Shown: positions 27,129-37,761 of the stretch, one piece after another | How positions within the stretch are numbered: position 1 is the first letter of the stretch | Layout: each line of letters begins with the position of its first letter | Virus record (IMG/VR): IMGVR_UViG_3300001533_003144 | Span: 55,996-119,995 of that record | Direction: 5' to 3' (one strand) | Length of the DNA stretch: 64,000 nt | Source of the DNA: a virus | Position numbers and translations under genes: made by a program | The notes under the pieces: model-generated | Seen by the model: only the letters and a program-made list of their open reading frames with translations | Database searches by the model: none | What the model was told of the DNA's origin: nothing

Positions 27129-27731
27129 ATGGTTGATCGTGTAATTATTCGTACAAGAAACCCTGAAGCCACTTCTATGGATTCTCCTACTTCAGGTATA
27201 AGTGAGGTAAAGTTTCGGGTTAATCCTGCCTCAGTATCTATAGATCAGGGATCTTTAAGTACCCTTAAAAAGGCTCGTTACGGTTTTGTCCGGACCTACT
27301 TTGGTGAAGGACTTTTTAATTTAGGTTTTTCCGGGGTAGTAAACATACATCCTTCTTCCTCGGATTTAGTTCTTCAAGACCCTACGGCTTCTTTAAAAAG
27401 AGACCTTAATAAAGCAATAGAGGAAGGTAGGGGTATGACTATAGATCAAGTAAAGAATAGTTCGGGTTGGAGATGGTTTCAGAAGTTTGCTAAATTTGTC
27501 CGGGCTTATCAGCCGAGTTTATTCGAGTTACATTACTTAGGGACACCTTTATTACTTTCGCAAGAGAATCCTGTTTTTGTTGGGGAATGTTCACCGGTAA
27601 AATATACCCAAAACTCGGACAGTCCTTTTACTTTATCTTACAGTTTTACTTTTATAGGGATCTTACAGACAGACGAGTCTGCCTATGCCTATGCAAGGGA
27701 GACTGTTGAGACACTGAAGGTAAAGTTATGA
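27129..27731 (+). CDS. Tail tube initiator/baseplate protein
   Basis: FRVNPASVSI...YFGEG...FSG...SPFTLSYSFTF motif; position after tape measure. Confidence 0.65.
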   Translation: MVDRVIIRTRNPEATSMDSPTSGISEVKFRVNPASVSIDQGSLSTLKKARYGFVRTYFGEGLFNLGFSGVVNIHPSSSDLVLQDPTASLKRDLNKAIEEGRGMTIDQVKNSSGWRWFQKFAKFVRAYQPSLFELHYLGTPLLLSQENPVFVGECSPVKYTQNSDSPFTLSYSFTFIGILQTDESAYAYARETVETLKVKL

Positions 27732-29584
27732 ATAAGGTACTGGATGAAAAAATTTCTGTAAGGTTATTTATTGAGGAAATAAATTTTGTCGGGGACAGTC
27801 TTTTCTCGACAAAAAAGGTAATAGAGTTTCCTTTTTTTGATTCGTTATTATGGAAAACTTCGCTTGATTTTCAGAAATCGGCTACAATAACCTTTGATAA
27901 TCCTCTTGAAAAGCTGAGTACATCAGTACGACATCCTGATTCTATGCCTATATCTCCTTTTCCTAAAGGTATGGATGAAAATACGGAAAAGTATTGTTCT
28001 GATATTTATGATCATTATAGTGATCAGTTGAATGTTCTGAACGATAAACAAGAACTAAGTCCGGAAACCTATTTAAGGGGAGACGACTTTTTACTTGGTT
28101 TAGAGAATCTTGAAAGTTATGTCCATATAGGCGAATTGGGTCCTGTGTGTTTTACGGTGTATCAGCGTGTCTGGATTGTGTCCGAGTCTTATATAGGGGA
28201 AGATAGGGATAAAAAATATAATATATGGTCAGGTATTATTTCAGGGTTTAACGAAACCTCTTCTGAAACAGGTATTACTTTTACTGTTCTGGTTTCGGGT
28301 TTAAGTAGGTTTCTTGACCTAACTAATATCTATGAAAATTATCGTATAACAGCTTTTACAGGGGATCTTATTGAAAAGTATATCCAAGAACTCAACGATA
28401 GCCTTTATAGTAAATTTATTGGGACACAGTTACTTACAAAACTTCCTGTAGTTTCTTATGCTTTATTGCCGGTGTTTCTCGCAAACTTTTATTATACTGC
28501 AAAAGGTAATAAAAAAGACTATGGTATTGGTTCAAGGGATCCTTTTTTATCTGATGCTGTTCCTGACAAGGACTTCTTTTTACAGGATGCTTTATGGTTG
28601 TTAAATGTAGATGAGTCTAATTGTTGGGATGCCATTATTGATGGTCACGAGGGGGCTTTATTTGGTAAACGGGGGGGTCAGGCTTATTTATCTGAAATAG
28701 TTCCTCGGCTCTTTAACGGTGAGCAGGTTTATGTATATGAATTAACGCCCTCAGTATATGTGGATCCTCTTATAATAGAGGTATTTAATAACCCTGAAAT
28801 TAATGTTATGAATGTCCTTTTACAACAGGCATTTAATCTTATAGACGAAACTGCTATGACTGGTAAAGACTTGCTAACTAAGGTAGCTCAGAATATTATG
28901 GGCGTTTCTTATGAAGATGATTTCGGTAATATTATTCTTGAAATTAGTAAAGTCTGGTCTGCTCCTGAAAATCCTGACGGTTTTGTTGTTACTCCGGAGT
29001 ACCGGAATGATAGTATTTTAAAAGATGTTGGTCATAATCGGGATTATGTTATTCCTGATTCTTGGTGGTTTAGTCATACTAAAGGGTTTAATGAGAGTAA
29101 TTTGGTAACTCATGTGGAAGTTCCTTCCGGTTTTGATTATGGTATTCTTCCTGATGAGTATGTTTTAAGAACTCGTCTTACGGGGAGAACTTCTTCTACC
29201 GAGCAGGAGATATTAAGGTTACAAAGAAGGTATGGTGTTCGGTCGCTTGTCACTTCTAATATAGCGTTAGCTGGGATGTCTTTAGGTAAAGATCACGATG
29301 ATTATATTGAGTCTTTAAATACTTTCGCTAAAGCGGTTCTATCTTTAAGGAACTTTTCTTCGGTTGCCGTAACATTAAACACAAGGTTTTTAGATCATTT
29401 AAGTGTGGGTAAAAATATACTTTTTTTAAAGGATGAGTCTTTATGCCTGTTAAATGAAAAGACGGTGAGTTATGCGGTTGAGGAGGCGAGTGCTTCTTAC
29501 AGTTGTGATTTTGTTGTGTCATACCGGCATAGGTTGACTGAAAAGATTACTTATCCTTTCTACGATTTGATCTTAGGGGGTTAA
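27728..29584 (+). CDS. Baseplate hub protein (gp27/VgrG-like)
   Basis: WSGIISG...VSGLSRFL, YEDDFGNII, RRYGVR, LSVGKNI; position. Confidence 0.65.
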   Translation: MNKVLDEKISVRLFIEEINFVGDSLFSTKKVIEFPFFDSLLWKTSLDFQKSATITFDNPLEKLSTSVRHPDSMPISPFPKGMDENTEKYCSDIYDHYSDQLNVLNDKQELSPETYLRGDDFLLGLENLESYVHIGELGPVCFTVYQRVWIVSESYIGEDRDKKYNIWSGIISGFNETSSETGITFTVLVSGLSRFLDLTNIYENYRITAFTGDLIEKYIQELNDSLYSKFIGTQLLTKLPVVSYALLPVFLANFYYTAKGNKKDYGIGSRDPFLSDAVPDKDFFLQDALWLLNVDESNCWDAIIDGHEGALFGKRGGQAYLSEIVPRLFNGEQVYVYELTPSVYVDPLIIEVFNNPEINVMNVLLQQAFNLIDETAMTGKDLLTKVAQNIMGVSYEDDFGNIILEISKVWSAPENPDGFVVTPEYRNDSILKDVGHNRDYVIPDSWWFSHTKGFNESNLVTHVEVPSGFDYGILPDEYVLRTRLTGRTSSTEQEILRLQRRYGVRSLVTSNIALAGMSLGKDHDDYIESLNTFAKAVLSLRNFSSVAVTLNTRFLDHLSVGKNILFLKDESLCLLNEKTVSYAVEEASASYSCDFVVSYRHRLTEKITYPFYDLILGG

Positions 29585-29585
29585 G

Positions 29586-30890
29586 ATGTTAAATGCAATA
29601 CTTAAAACACTGCCTTATACCTCTTCTGAAGGGTTTGAGTTTGGGCTTGTTGAAGGTCTTGAGTACATAAATCCTGATAGTGAAAAAGATAAAAGTGCTA
29701 AAAAGGTTGCCGAAGGTGAAGATCTTGATCCGTCAAAACATTTTACAGGGTATGTCTGGGTAAAAAAATTTACAGATAATGTTACGGTAAAAGCTCTGTT
29801 CATAGTCCCCTTAGCTGGTAGAAGTATGTTTATGGGTGGTATGCCTGAACGAGGTTCTATTTGTTTTATGTGTAAAGTAGCTAACCCTACTGGAGACGCT
29901 TCAAGGGTTATTATAGGGTTTGTTCCTGTACCCGTTAATATGATGATAGCTGCCCGAAAGGAGATGGAAAGTCTTAATGAAGGTGAAATGCTTTTCCAAG
30001 GATCTACTTATGATGAGACTATGGGCGATTTTTATAGTTCGGCATCAATGAAATATGATTGCTATGGTAGGTTATTGATTGAAAATGGTCAGGACGATTT
30101 CAGGATAGTTATCGGAGATCTTCTCAGTAATGAATATACAAAAGATGTTGATTACCTCAAAGATTCTATTACGGGGGAGGTTGTTTGTTTTCAGGAAAAA
30201 TATAAAGATAAATACAGCCGGTCAATTGATCGTAGTGGTAACACTATTTTCCGGGCGTTGTCTGTTCTATGGGATGTTATGGGAGATGAGATCCATCGTA
30301 TTGCTGGTAGATATATTATTTCTTCTTCTGAACAGATAAGACTTGAGCAGAGAGGAAACTATATTGATATGTCCAAAGATGGTTTTAAGGTTATGGCTGC
30401 GAAAGACTTCATTGTTAATGTAGTGGGTGGGGCTGAGATCAGTTCTGGTTCTTATCTGGCTTTCTCTTCTTTTCTTGACCTCAGTCTATCTACAAGTGCT
30501 TCTATAGTGATGAAAGCTTTAAAAGAGTTTTTAATGGTAGCTTCCGGGAAAGTTACTTTATCTTCTTCTGAAAAAGAGGTTATAGTGGAAGCCTTTGAAG
30601 ATATTATATTAAAGTCTCTTACAGGGAAAGGTGAGTTGTCTGCTTTACAGGATGTTGCTGTTACCTCCAAGGTGGGTAAGGTTGATATTAAGGCGGAGTT
30701 GGTTGCTACCTTGGACGGTTCTTTGGTTAAATTAGGTGCAGGTAGTCAGCCGGTACTTAAAGGGACTTCTACACAACTGGATCTGTCTTTACATCAGCAT
30801 ACAGGAAACTTCGGGTACCCCACTAGCCCTCCTTTACCTGCTTTTTTCCTACCGTTAAACATACTATCTACAAAAGTTTTTACGGAGTAG
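29586..30890 (+). CDS. Baseplate central spike (gpV/gp5-like)
   Basis: OB-fold region GGMPERGS; beta-repeat stalk; C-terminal HQH metal-binding tip LSLHQHTGNFGYPTSPP. Confidence 0.8.
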   Translation: MLNAILKTLPYTSSEGFEFGLVEGLEYINPDSEKDKSAKKVAEGEDLDPSKHFTGYVWVKKFTDNVTVKALFIVPLAGRSMFMGGMPERGSICFMCKVANPTGDASRVIIGFVPVPVNMMIAARKEMESLNEGEMLFQGSTYDETMGDFYSSASMKYDCYGRLLIENGQDDFRIVIGDLLSNEYTKDVDYLKDSITGEVVCFQEKYKDKYSRSIDRSGNTIFRALSVLWDVMGDEIHRIAGRYIISSSEQIRLEQRGNYIDMSKDGFKVMAAKDFIVNVVGGAEISSGSYLAFSSFLDLSLSTSASIVMKALKEFLMVASGKVTLSSSEKEVIVEAFEDIILKSLTGKGELSALQDVAVTSKVGKVDIKAELVATLDGSLVKLGAGSQPVLKGTSTQLDLSLHQHTGNFGYPTSPPLPAFFLPLNILSTKVFTE

Positions 30891-30893
30891 TTT

Positions 30894-31373
30894 ATGGCTT
30901 TTTCTAATTATCTTAAAGAAATAGGGTTGCCTGATGGTCCTGCTGAAGATTATGATAAAGCTGGGGATGTTTTGTATTCTGAATACCAAAGGTGTATAGA
31001 TGAGGGTGGTGTGGGTTTTGAAGAGCCGGATTATACTGTAACCCCTTTAGTAATCCCTGAAATAGATATGATTCCTTTAGGGGACATAAACTATTATTCG
31101 TATGATACTATTATTGCTGTATGTTTGGCTTTTAATAGGTATATTGATGCAGTTGCCAAAGGGTTACAAGAGCTTCCTTGGCCGATATTACCTCCGGCAA
31201 GTTTGAGTGGGTTAAGTTCAGCTTTTTTTACTCAGTACACAAAAGAAAAAACTCAGCAAAGTGTTAAGATAACTAAACCTTCTGCTCCCGATCAGGACGA
31301 ATCTTTACCTTTTGTAGATCTTTTTTATGGTGCTTGTGGAAAATTTCTTTATAATATTTATGCGGATGCTTAG
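30894..31373 (+). CDS. Baseplate-associated hypothetical protein
   Basis: Position in baseplate cluster. Confidence 0.45.
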   Translation: MAFSNYLKEIGLPDGPAEDYDKAGDVLYSEYQRCIDEGGVGFEEPDYTVTPLVIPEIDMIPLGDINYYSYDTIIAVCLAFNRYIDAVAKGLQELPWPILPPASLSGLSSAFFTQYTKEKTQQSVKITKPSAPDQDESLPFVDLFYGACGKFLYNIYADA

Positions 31374-31385
31374 GAGGATTGTTAA

Positions 31386-32669
31386 ATGTTTATGCAAAAA
31401 CTTGAGAGTACTAGGGGTACGGTTATTCTCGCTAATGTTAATACTAAAGATTTCCTTCCTGCATTTTTACAGGCTTTTGCAGATTCCGCTTTATTAATAC
31501 AGGAAACTTTAGAAACCTTCTGGTTAGTTCAGAAAGCTGAAATGTATCTTACTGATGCTAAACGGGTTATAAGTACAGGTTTGACTGCTTTAGGTCTTGT
31601 GAAAGCTATTTTGGATTCTGTTGTAGGGTTTGTGGGTGAGATGGCGGATACTTCTTTTTATACTTTGTTTTTGACTCCTGAGACGGGGGGTTTAAGTGAT
31701 TTTGTTAATAGATTTAAGTTTAATTTATTTAACGCTTCTGATCCTGATCGTCCTTATGATGAGGGTAATGCGGTTTTACTTCCTATTTTTTTCCTTGTAT
31801 CTTATGCAGATATTTCCAGGGCTAAGGAAGGATTCAAGAATTTGGAAAATCTTTTTGGTAAGTTTAAAGATGAGGGTACGGGTTTTGTGAAAGAGTTTAC
31901 AGAGGCTTTTGGTTCTCTAAGGGGTATGGAAGATACGGTTGAACCCTCTGGTTTCTGGAATCATTACTATACTAAAAGAACTGTTGGTTCTCATAAAAAG
32001 CAGATTGATATGGGCGGTTGGAACAAAATATCTCTAATGGATATGTTACCTGAAGAGGCTATACTGATGTTTGAAGCTCTTTTAGAGTCTTGGTCAAAGG
32101 CTTCTGAGGGTGTTCCTGATTCTAGTTCTCTTATTAAACGGACAGAAGCTATTTATGAGGCGATATTTGCTTCAATAAAAGAAGTAGTTAGGATAATAGA
32201 GGGTTACACTCGCTTGTTCTTGGATAACCAACTAACTCTTATTCAAGCTCCCCCTATACACGGAGAGGTACTAAAGGCAGGAAATACTGTCTATAAGTTT
32301 AATGAAGAGATGTTTAAGCTGTTGAGTCAGCCTGATTTTGATTATTCAGGGAAAAAACCGGCGGTGCAGGTGCTTTCCGAGTTCGTGTCAGAACTCCCAA
32401 GTTTCATACAGGAATCAGCTTTTGAAATTGAACAGGATCCTTTAATAGATGTAAGTCTTGACATGTCTGAAGAAACTCAGGAGGATCTTTTTGGTAAGAC
32501 CGGAATTAAGAATCCTTTTAGTAAGGACAGTGTTCAGCCTAATTTCACTAATTTCCTTCGTAATGATTATTATGTAGGGGGGATGGTTTGTGTTTTTAAG
32601 TCCGGAAGCTTGAAAGCAGTTGTTGACCAGGCTAAGGCTTTTTTAAGTCTTTTTGGTGTCTCTTTATAG
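31386..32669 (+). CDS. Baseplate-associated helical protein
   Basis: GGAGG RBS; lies between spike and gp25-like gene. Confidence 0.45.
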   Translation: MFMQKLESTRGTVILANVNTKDFLPAFLQAFADSALLIQETLETFWLVQKAEMYLTDAKRVISTGLTALGLVKAILDSVVGFVGEMADTSFYTLFLTPETGGLSDFVNRFKFNLFNASDPDRPYDEGNAVLLPIFFLVSYADISRAKEGFKNLENLFGKFKDEGTGFVKEFTEAFGSLRGMEDTVEPSGFWNHYYTKRTVGSHKKQIDMGGWNKISLMDMLPEEAILMFEALLESWSKASEGVPDSSSLIKRTEAIYEAIFASIKEVVRIIEGYTRLFLDNQLTLIQAPPIHGEVLKAGNTVYKFNEEMFKLLSQPDFDYSGKKPAVQVLSEFVSELPSFIQESAFEIEQDPLIDVSLDMSEETQEDLFGKTGIKNPFSKDSVQPNFTNFLRNDYYVGGMVCVFKSGSLKAVVDQAKAFLSLFGVSL

Positions 32670-32673
32670 AATA
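32664..32673 (+). promoter_or_regulatory. Putative late promoter TTATAGAATA, copy 5
   Basis: Upstream of the gp25-like gene. Confidence 0.6.
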
Positions 32674-32685
32674 TAATGTAATTGT

Positions 32686-33087
32686 TTGGAGGTTCTGTTG
32701 AAAACTTTGAAAATTAAGCGTTCAAAAAGTTTTTGTGATTTTACTAAAGATGCTTCTGGTCGTTTAGTTTCTTTATCTTCTTCTTCTTTTGAGGGAAGAG
32801 GTTCCATACTGGATCAGCGGATTGTTAAGGCTGTTTTAAGCAAACGCTATAGGTTTGAATCTTTTTATGGTGCAGGTCTTAAAACCTTTATTGGTCAAAA
32901 AACAAATGTTTTATCCATACTGCAAAGAATTAATGACTTAAATTCTTTCTTTAAAAAATATGCTTTCGTATCTCAGGGTGTAGGTATTCGGAAAGTTATG
33001 GCTTCTTTACACAACGAGTCTGTGCTTGTTACGGTGCAATCAGAGGTAGGGTATTCCCGTAGAATTGGGTTTGAGAGGGAGGGGTAG
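32686..33087 (+). CDS. Baseplate sheath initiator (gp25-like); likely start TTG 32698
   Basis: D...GRL...LDQRIVKAVLS...YGAGLKTFIG; directly before the J-like gene. Confidence 0.65.
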   Translation: MEVLLKTLKIKRSKSFCDFTKDASGRLVSLSSSSFEGRGSILDQRIVKAVLSKRYRFESFYGAGLKTFIGQKTNVLSILQRINDLNSFFKKYAFVSQGVGIRKVMASLHNESVLVTVQSEVGYSRRIGFEREG

Positions 33088-34563
33088 ATGCCTAGTTTGG
33101 TTAAAAGTACCGAGCAAATAAGAAAAAGTCTTTTAGAAAAGCTTACGGTAGATCTTCCGGATTTTCTTTGGGTACCAGGCGAGTTACAGGTAGATATTTT
33201 AGATGCTGTTGCTGAGTTTCATTATGAAAGAGAACGGATTGTTGAACTGTTTACATCTATGCGTAACCTGTCTGGGTTTAAGAGGTTAGTGGACGATTAT
33301 ATTTATCGTCAAGAAATGTCAGAAATACTTGGGTTGTCTCTAAAAGTAAGAACCCCCTCCAGTGTCTTTATCGGAGTCCCTTCTTCGGTTACAAACGATT
33401 TTGATGTCTTTATTTTTTATTATCTGGACAGGTTTGCCGAAAGGTATGGAAGGAAAAGGGGTCGAGGTTCTTCTGCCAGTGGTCTGTTTTCAATGAACTA
33501 TACTCCGGGGATTGTGGGGAAAGCTCGACTGGTTTTAAGTTATTCCGGGATGTCTTATACTTCTACGGTTAATCTTGATGGTAGTGGTGTTTATTCCGGG
33601 ACACTTTTTTCTTTCGGGTATGGTGAAAAGTTTAATGTTAAGGCAGGTAATCTGTCTATCAGTCTTGTAATATCTGATGTGCTTACTGTTGAAAACATTT
33701 TTAATTTTAAATCTTCCAATTTGATAGGTGGTACTGATTATCAGTCAAATGAGTCTTTTATTAAAGCTTTAGACGGTAGGTTGAATATCTTTTCAGGTCC
33801 TCTTTCAATTAATGCTATTTCAACGGTGATACAAAAAATAAAGACTGTAGATAAATTCTTGATTACTAAGGCTTCTGCTTCTTATAGGTTTAAGGGTAGT
33901 ACCAATGTGTTTCTCAAGGGAGGTATCCAGTCAGAGCAAAAGGTGGTCAGGACGGTGGGGACGGATAGTAAGATACTCATTCCTTTACAGCCTTCAGAGA
34001 TTCTTGAGATAACTAAGTTGGGGGCAGTTATTCCCGAAACGGAATACACGATAGTTACTCCTGATCCCGATACGGAGTATTATAACAGTGCTAAACAAAT
34101 GGTTTGGGTTGAGTTTGCCGGGAGTTTAGTTTTTCCGGGAGATATGGTCGAGTTGTCTTTATTGGTAGATCTTACCATACAGGATGTACACACCCAGTTA
34201 ATGTCACATTACAGCTCATATAATGAGACTGCTCGTGATGTAGTGGTGTATAAAGCTCAGCCTCAGCAGGTTAATGTTTATACCGAGATTATGACTTACC
34301 GTAACCTTCCTTATGATGAAGTTAAGCGTGAGGTAAAGAAGGTTTTGATTGAAAAAATAGGTGGTCTTGATATACAGGAAGAGTTACAGGCGGATGATCT
34401 TCGTTTGGAGTTGCGTAAGCTGTTGTGTCGGGGTGAGTTAATGATTGATGCCGTTGTTAAGCTTGACATAGGTTTACCGGGAGAGCCTTTACTTGACCAG
34501 AATTTATCTTTAGGTAGAGGTGAGTTTTGGGTGCTTTCTGAACTGGATGTAGAGGTGCTTTAA
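33088..34563 (+). CDS. Baseplate wedge J-like protein
   Basis: LDRFAERYGRKR..G..ASG, GEKFNV.AG, GGTDYQSNE, LDIQEELQADDL. Confidence 0.8.
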   Translation: MPSLVKSTEQIRKSLLEKLTVDLPDFLWVPGELQVDILDAVAEFHYERERIVELFTSMRNLSGFKRLVDDYIYRQEMSEILGLSLKVRTPSSVFIGVPSSVTNDFDVFIFYYLDRFAERYGRKRGRGSSASGLFSMNYTPGIVGKARLVLSYSGMSYTSTVNLDGSGVYSGTLFSFGYGEKFNVKAGNLSISLVISDVLTVENIFNFKSSNLIGGTDYQSNESFIKALDGRLNIFSGPLSINAISTVIQKIKTVDKFLITKASASYRFKGSTNVFLKGGIQSEQKVVRTVGTDSKILIPLQPSEILEITKLGAVIPETEYTIVTPDPDTEYYNSAKQMVWVEFAGSLVFPGDMVELSLLVDLTIQDVHTQLMSHYSSYNETARDVVVYKAQPQQVNVYTEIMTYRNLPYDEVKREVKKVLIEKIGGLDIQEELQADDLRLELRKLLCRGELMIDAVVKLDIGLPGEPLLDQNLSLGRGEFWVLSELDVEVL

Positions 34564-36182
34564 TGTTTAATAGTATTTTATACCCTGTTGGCTTTGAAAC
34601 TCCTGTTGTTATGGGGAGTAATATAGGTCTAAAGGATATGATAAATTATACCCGTCCCGTCAGAATAGCCTATCCTGAGTCAGTAGGGGTTTGGCAGCTA
34701 ATGAACGATGATTCTAAGTTTGGTCTTTTAAGTGAGGCGGCTTATAGTGTTTTTAAGGGAAATCTCTTAGTTATAGGTGGTAAAATCTCTACGGATATAC
34801 AGAACCGTATTTTTTACAGTAAAGACTATGGTAAGTCTTGGCAGAACAAAAAAGGGGAGTTTCCCGAAAGGTGTGGGGCTTCTCTGGTTGAATTTCGGGG
34901 TTTCCTATATCTTATGGGGGGTGAGGCCTCTTCAGGGCTTACAAACGAAATTTGGAGGTCGGCGGATGGGGTGCATTGGTTACAGTCCAGTTCATCCAGT
35001 CCTTTTACTCCTCGAAAAAACTTTACGGTGGCTGTTTTAAATGATGCTCTTATCTTAACCGGTGGGTCTGGACCCGAAGCAAAAGAGGTCTGGAAATCTT
35101 ATGATGGTATAAATTGGGAACTTATTCACGCTGATGCTCCTTTTGGGGAGCTTGAAAACTCTTCTATGATTCAGTTTGGGTCAAAACTGTTCTTAGTAGG
35201 AGGTAAATCGGGTGTAATGTATTCTAATTCCGTATATTCTACCGAGAATGGTGTGGACTGGGTACTTGTTACAAATACGGCTTTTCCTTCCGGGAGATAT
35301 GGTGTAGGGTTGGTTGTAATTTCCGGGGAGTTGGTTGCTGTGGGGGGTAATGACGGTTCTTCCCTTAATGCGGTCTATTTTTCTTCGGGAGGTTTGACTT
35401 GGGTAGAGGATGCCTCCCCTCAGTTGTTTTCTCCTCGATACTCTTTTGGTGTAGGGGTGGTTGATGGGGGTTTGGTTGTTTATGGTGCTGCAAATGATGT
35501 TTATCGTAAAGTAATTTCGTATGAAATGTTTTTAGACGGTACACTTATACCCTACGGAGCAGAGTTTGTTATATGGGATGAGACTTATCACGAACTGATA
35601 ATAAAACAAGAGAAGGAATCAGTATTAACTCGATTTTGTACCTTAATTGGGGGTTTCTGGGATCAGGTTAATGAGATGGTTGGTAACATAATTGCTATTG
35701 AAGGAGATTATACAGAGAGATATTATATTGGTTCTGAGGTGTTGTTGTATAATACTGAGACCAAAGCCGAGGGGTTTAAGGAGATTGTAAGTTCTTCTTT
35801 TGACGGTACTAATACCTTGATAGAGATAGAATCCTCGGTTTCATTTACTCCGGATTATTTATGTCCTCATTCCGGGTTGAAAGAATACTTAAAGTTAAAA
35901 TTCAAGCCTGAAGTAAAGTTTATAGCTGCTTCGGTTGAAAATTTTATGAGTAAGGCTTCTTTGAAACCTCAAGGAGGTGTGATCGAGTCGGAAGGAGGTG
36001 TTGACATTCTTTCTGATAGGGTTTATGTGGCTGAATTTCTTTCTAAAGAGAGGGCAGTGGATAAAGCTGTTGTTATGTCCGGAGATTATAAAACAAAGAT
36101 ACAGCCTATGTTCCGTATTATAGTTAGGGATGAGTTTAATAAGGTTCTTTTAGAAGATAAGATAAGTTTTGATTTTATTTAA
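34563..36182 (+). CDS. Kelch-like beta-propeller baseplate/tail protein
   Basis: Repeated LYLMGG...NEIWRSADG..W / VWKSYDGINW blades. Confidence 0.8.
   Translation: MFNSILYPVGFETPVVMGSNIGLKDMINYTRPVRIAYPESVGVWQLMNDDSKFGLLSEAAYSVFKGNLLVIGGKISTDIQNRIFYSKDYGKSWQNKKGEFPERCGASLVEFRGFLYLMGGEASSGLTNEIWRSADGVHWLQSSSSSPFTPRKNFTVAVLNDALILTGGSGPEAKEVWKSYDGINWELIHADAPFGELENSSMIQFGSKLFLVGGKSGVMYSNSVYSTENGVDWVLVTNTAFPSGRYGVGLVVISGELVAVGGNDGSSLNAVYFSSGGLTWVEDASPQLFSPRYSFGVGVVDGGLVVYGAANDVYRKVISYEMFLDGTLIPYGAEFVIWDETYHELIIKQEKESVLTRFCTLIGGFWDQVNEMVGNIIAIEGDYTERYYIGSEVLLYNTETKAEGFKEIVSSSFDGTNTLIEIESSVSFTPDYLCPHSGLKEYLKLKFKPEVKFIAASVENFMSKASLKPQGGVIESEGGVDILSDRVYVAEFLSKERAVDKAVVMSGDYKTKIQPMFRIIVRDEFNKVLLEDKISFDFI
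36111..36122 (+). promoter_or_regulatory. TTCCGTATTATA motif, copy 3
   Basis: About 70 nt upstream of ATG 36193, inside the upstream gene. Confidence 0.5.
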
Positions 36183-36192
36183 GGGGGTTGGT

Positions 36193-37131
36193 ATGAAGGT
36201 TTTATCAAAAAAATACACTCAGAACGAGTGGGTACTTGCTGAACATCTTAGGGGGGCTAACACCCAGATTTATGAAAAGGGTGATGGTAGTGTTGCGGTC
36301 AATCTGCACGGTACGGAAGTTGCTGTATGGAGCCCTGTGGATAATACGGTTAAGATTAATTCTGGTGGCTATAAGACGGCTACTACGAAAAGGAGAATTA
36401 ATCAGGTATTTGATCTGGTTGGGTTAGAGTCTGAAATTGATCAAAAGGGAGGTGAATGGTTTCTTAACGCTCCTGGACAAGATGCCGTGCCGTTTGAGGA
36501 GGGTATGGTTGTGACTGCTAAGAAGAGGGTAACAAGATCCGAGGATGGAGATAAGCCTGAAACTCGTGATGGTTCAGGACCTCCTCCTTATGGAAAAAAA
36601 GAAGGTCCTGGGAAAGGTAAGCAGGATGGTTCAGGTCTTGCAGACAATCAACTTAAAAAGGGTATTGAACACGAAAAAGAGCATGATGGTATTTATGGTT
36701 GGTTGAAAGAGTATTATACAGAAAAAGACGAATTTCCTCCTGTAGAAGAGTTTCGTAAAAAGGTTGCCGAAGATCACCTTGAAAAGGATCCTGAATATTA
36801 CAGTAAACTCGAAAAGGTTGAAGAAGAAGATAAACCTGAAGCCTCGTTTAGTTCCCAGTCAAAAAAAATCACGGCTGCAGATCTTTCCGGGGTTAAGGTT
36901 TATGATTTGGGTGAGGATGCTGATGTGGTGGATCGTTATACTGTTGTAATTGAGGATGATGTTTATTCAATGTCAGAACACGCTAACCATCCTGGCGGGT
37001 TTAATTTATGGTTAGGTAAGGTAGAAGATTTTGATGTTGAGGCTTTTGGTTTGCCTATAGATGTGGCCGATCTTCCTGAAGGGGTTAAAAAGGCTGTTGA
37101 AGGCCGTTTACAGGGTTATCAGGGGGATTAA
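36193..37131 (+). CDS. Three-module polyprotein including a DUF5661-like domain
   Basis: Modules VNLHGTEVA...GGYKTATTKRRIN / KGIEHEKEH...AEDHLEKDPEYYSKL / VYDLG...DRYTVV...MSEHANHPGGF joined by VTAKKRVTRS and KKITAA. Confidence 0.65.
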   Translation: MKVLSKKYTQNEWVLAEHLRGANTQIYEKGDGSVAVNLHGTEVAVWSPVDNTVKINSGGYKTATTKRRINQVFDLVGLESEIDQKGGEWFLNAPGQDAVPFEEGMVVTAKKRVTRSEDGDKPETRDGSGPPPYGKKEGPGKGKQDGSGLADNQLKKGIEHEKEHDGIYGWLKEYYTEKDEFPPVEEFRKKVAEDHLEKDPEYYSKLEKVEEEDKPEASFSSQSKKITAADLSGVKVYDLGEDADVVDRYTVVIEDDVYSMSEHANHPGGFNLWLGKVEDFDVEAFGLPIDVADLPEGVKKAVEGRLQGYQGD

Positions 37132-37132
37132 T

Positions 37133-37753
37133 ATGAAAGTTATTGAAAATCAGAGCTATGATCTTGAAGAGGTTTTTGGTGTAGAGCTTTCTGATCTATT
37201 AGATGATATAGCTTCTTCAACCGGGATAGCTTTAGAGACAATTGACACTGTTATAATTGAAGATCTTGTCAGTGAAGAAAATAAAGAAGTCGGTTACGAG
37301 TTTAAGATGGGTGATCGTATTGTCTGGGTAGTTGAAGATGGCATGGAAAATGAACTAGCGGTTTCAGATGCTTTGTCTGATCCTATATCTTTTCTTCGTA
37401 GGGCAAGTGATTTTGAGATTAACGCTATGATAGATACTGATGTATTTCAGGAGAGGATGATTGAAGATACTGTAAGAAGCCGGGCAGACCTATCTGAAGA
37501 AAAAGTACAGCAGATTGTAAGTGATTCTGTTGCAGAGTTAGAGGAACTTGGTCCTGTTACCTATATGCGTGATGTCCTGAAACTTACTGGAGATGCTTTT
37601 TATCAGGCAATTTTAGATAACAACTTAATAGATTTAAACGATTTGGCTCAGATTATTGTTACTGAGTATGGTGCAGAAAACTTGCTTGATATAGATAAGG
37701 AAGAACGGTTTCTTTCTTTGGTAGATGATTATGTTTGCTTTTTAGTTTATTAG
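37133..37753 (+). CDS. Acidic protein, paralog 1 of tandem triplet
   Basis: GGGGG RBS; similar to the next two ORFs (LIDLNDLAQIIVTEYG). Confidence 0.65.
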   Translation: MKVIENQSYDLEEVFGVELSDLLDDIASSTGIALETIDTVIIEDLVSEENKEVGYEFKMGDRIVWVVEDGMENELAVSDALSDPISFLRRASDFEINAMIDTDVFQERMIEDTVRSRADLSEEKVQQIVSDSVAELEELGPVTYMRDVLKLTGDAFYQAILDNNLIDLNDLAQIIVTEYGAENLLDIDKEERFLSLVDDYVCFLVY

Positions 37754-37761
37754 GGGTTGAT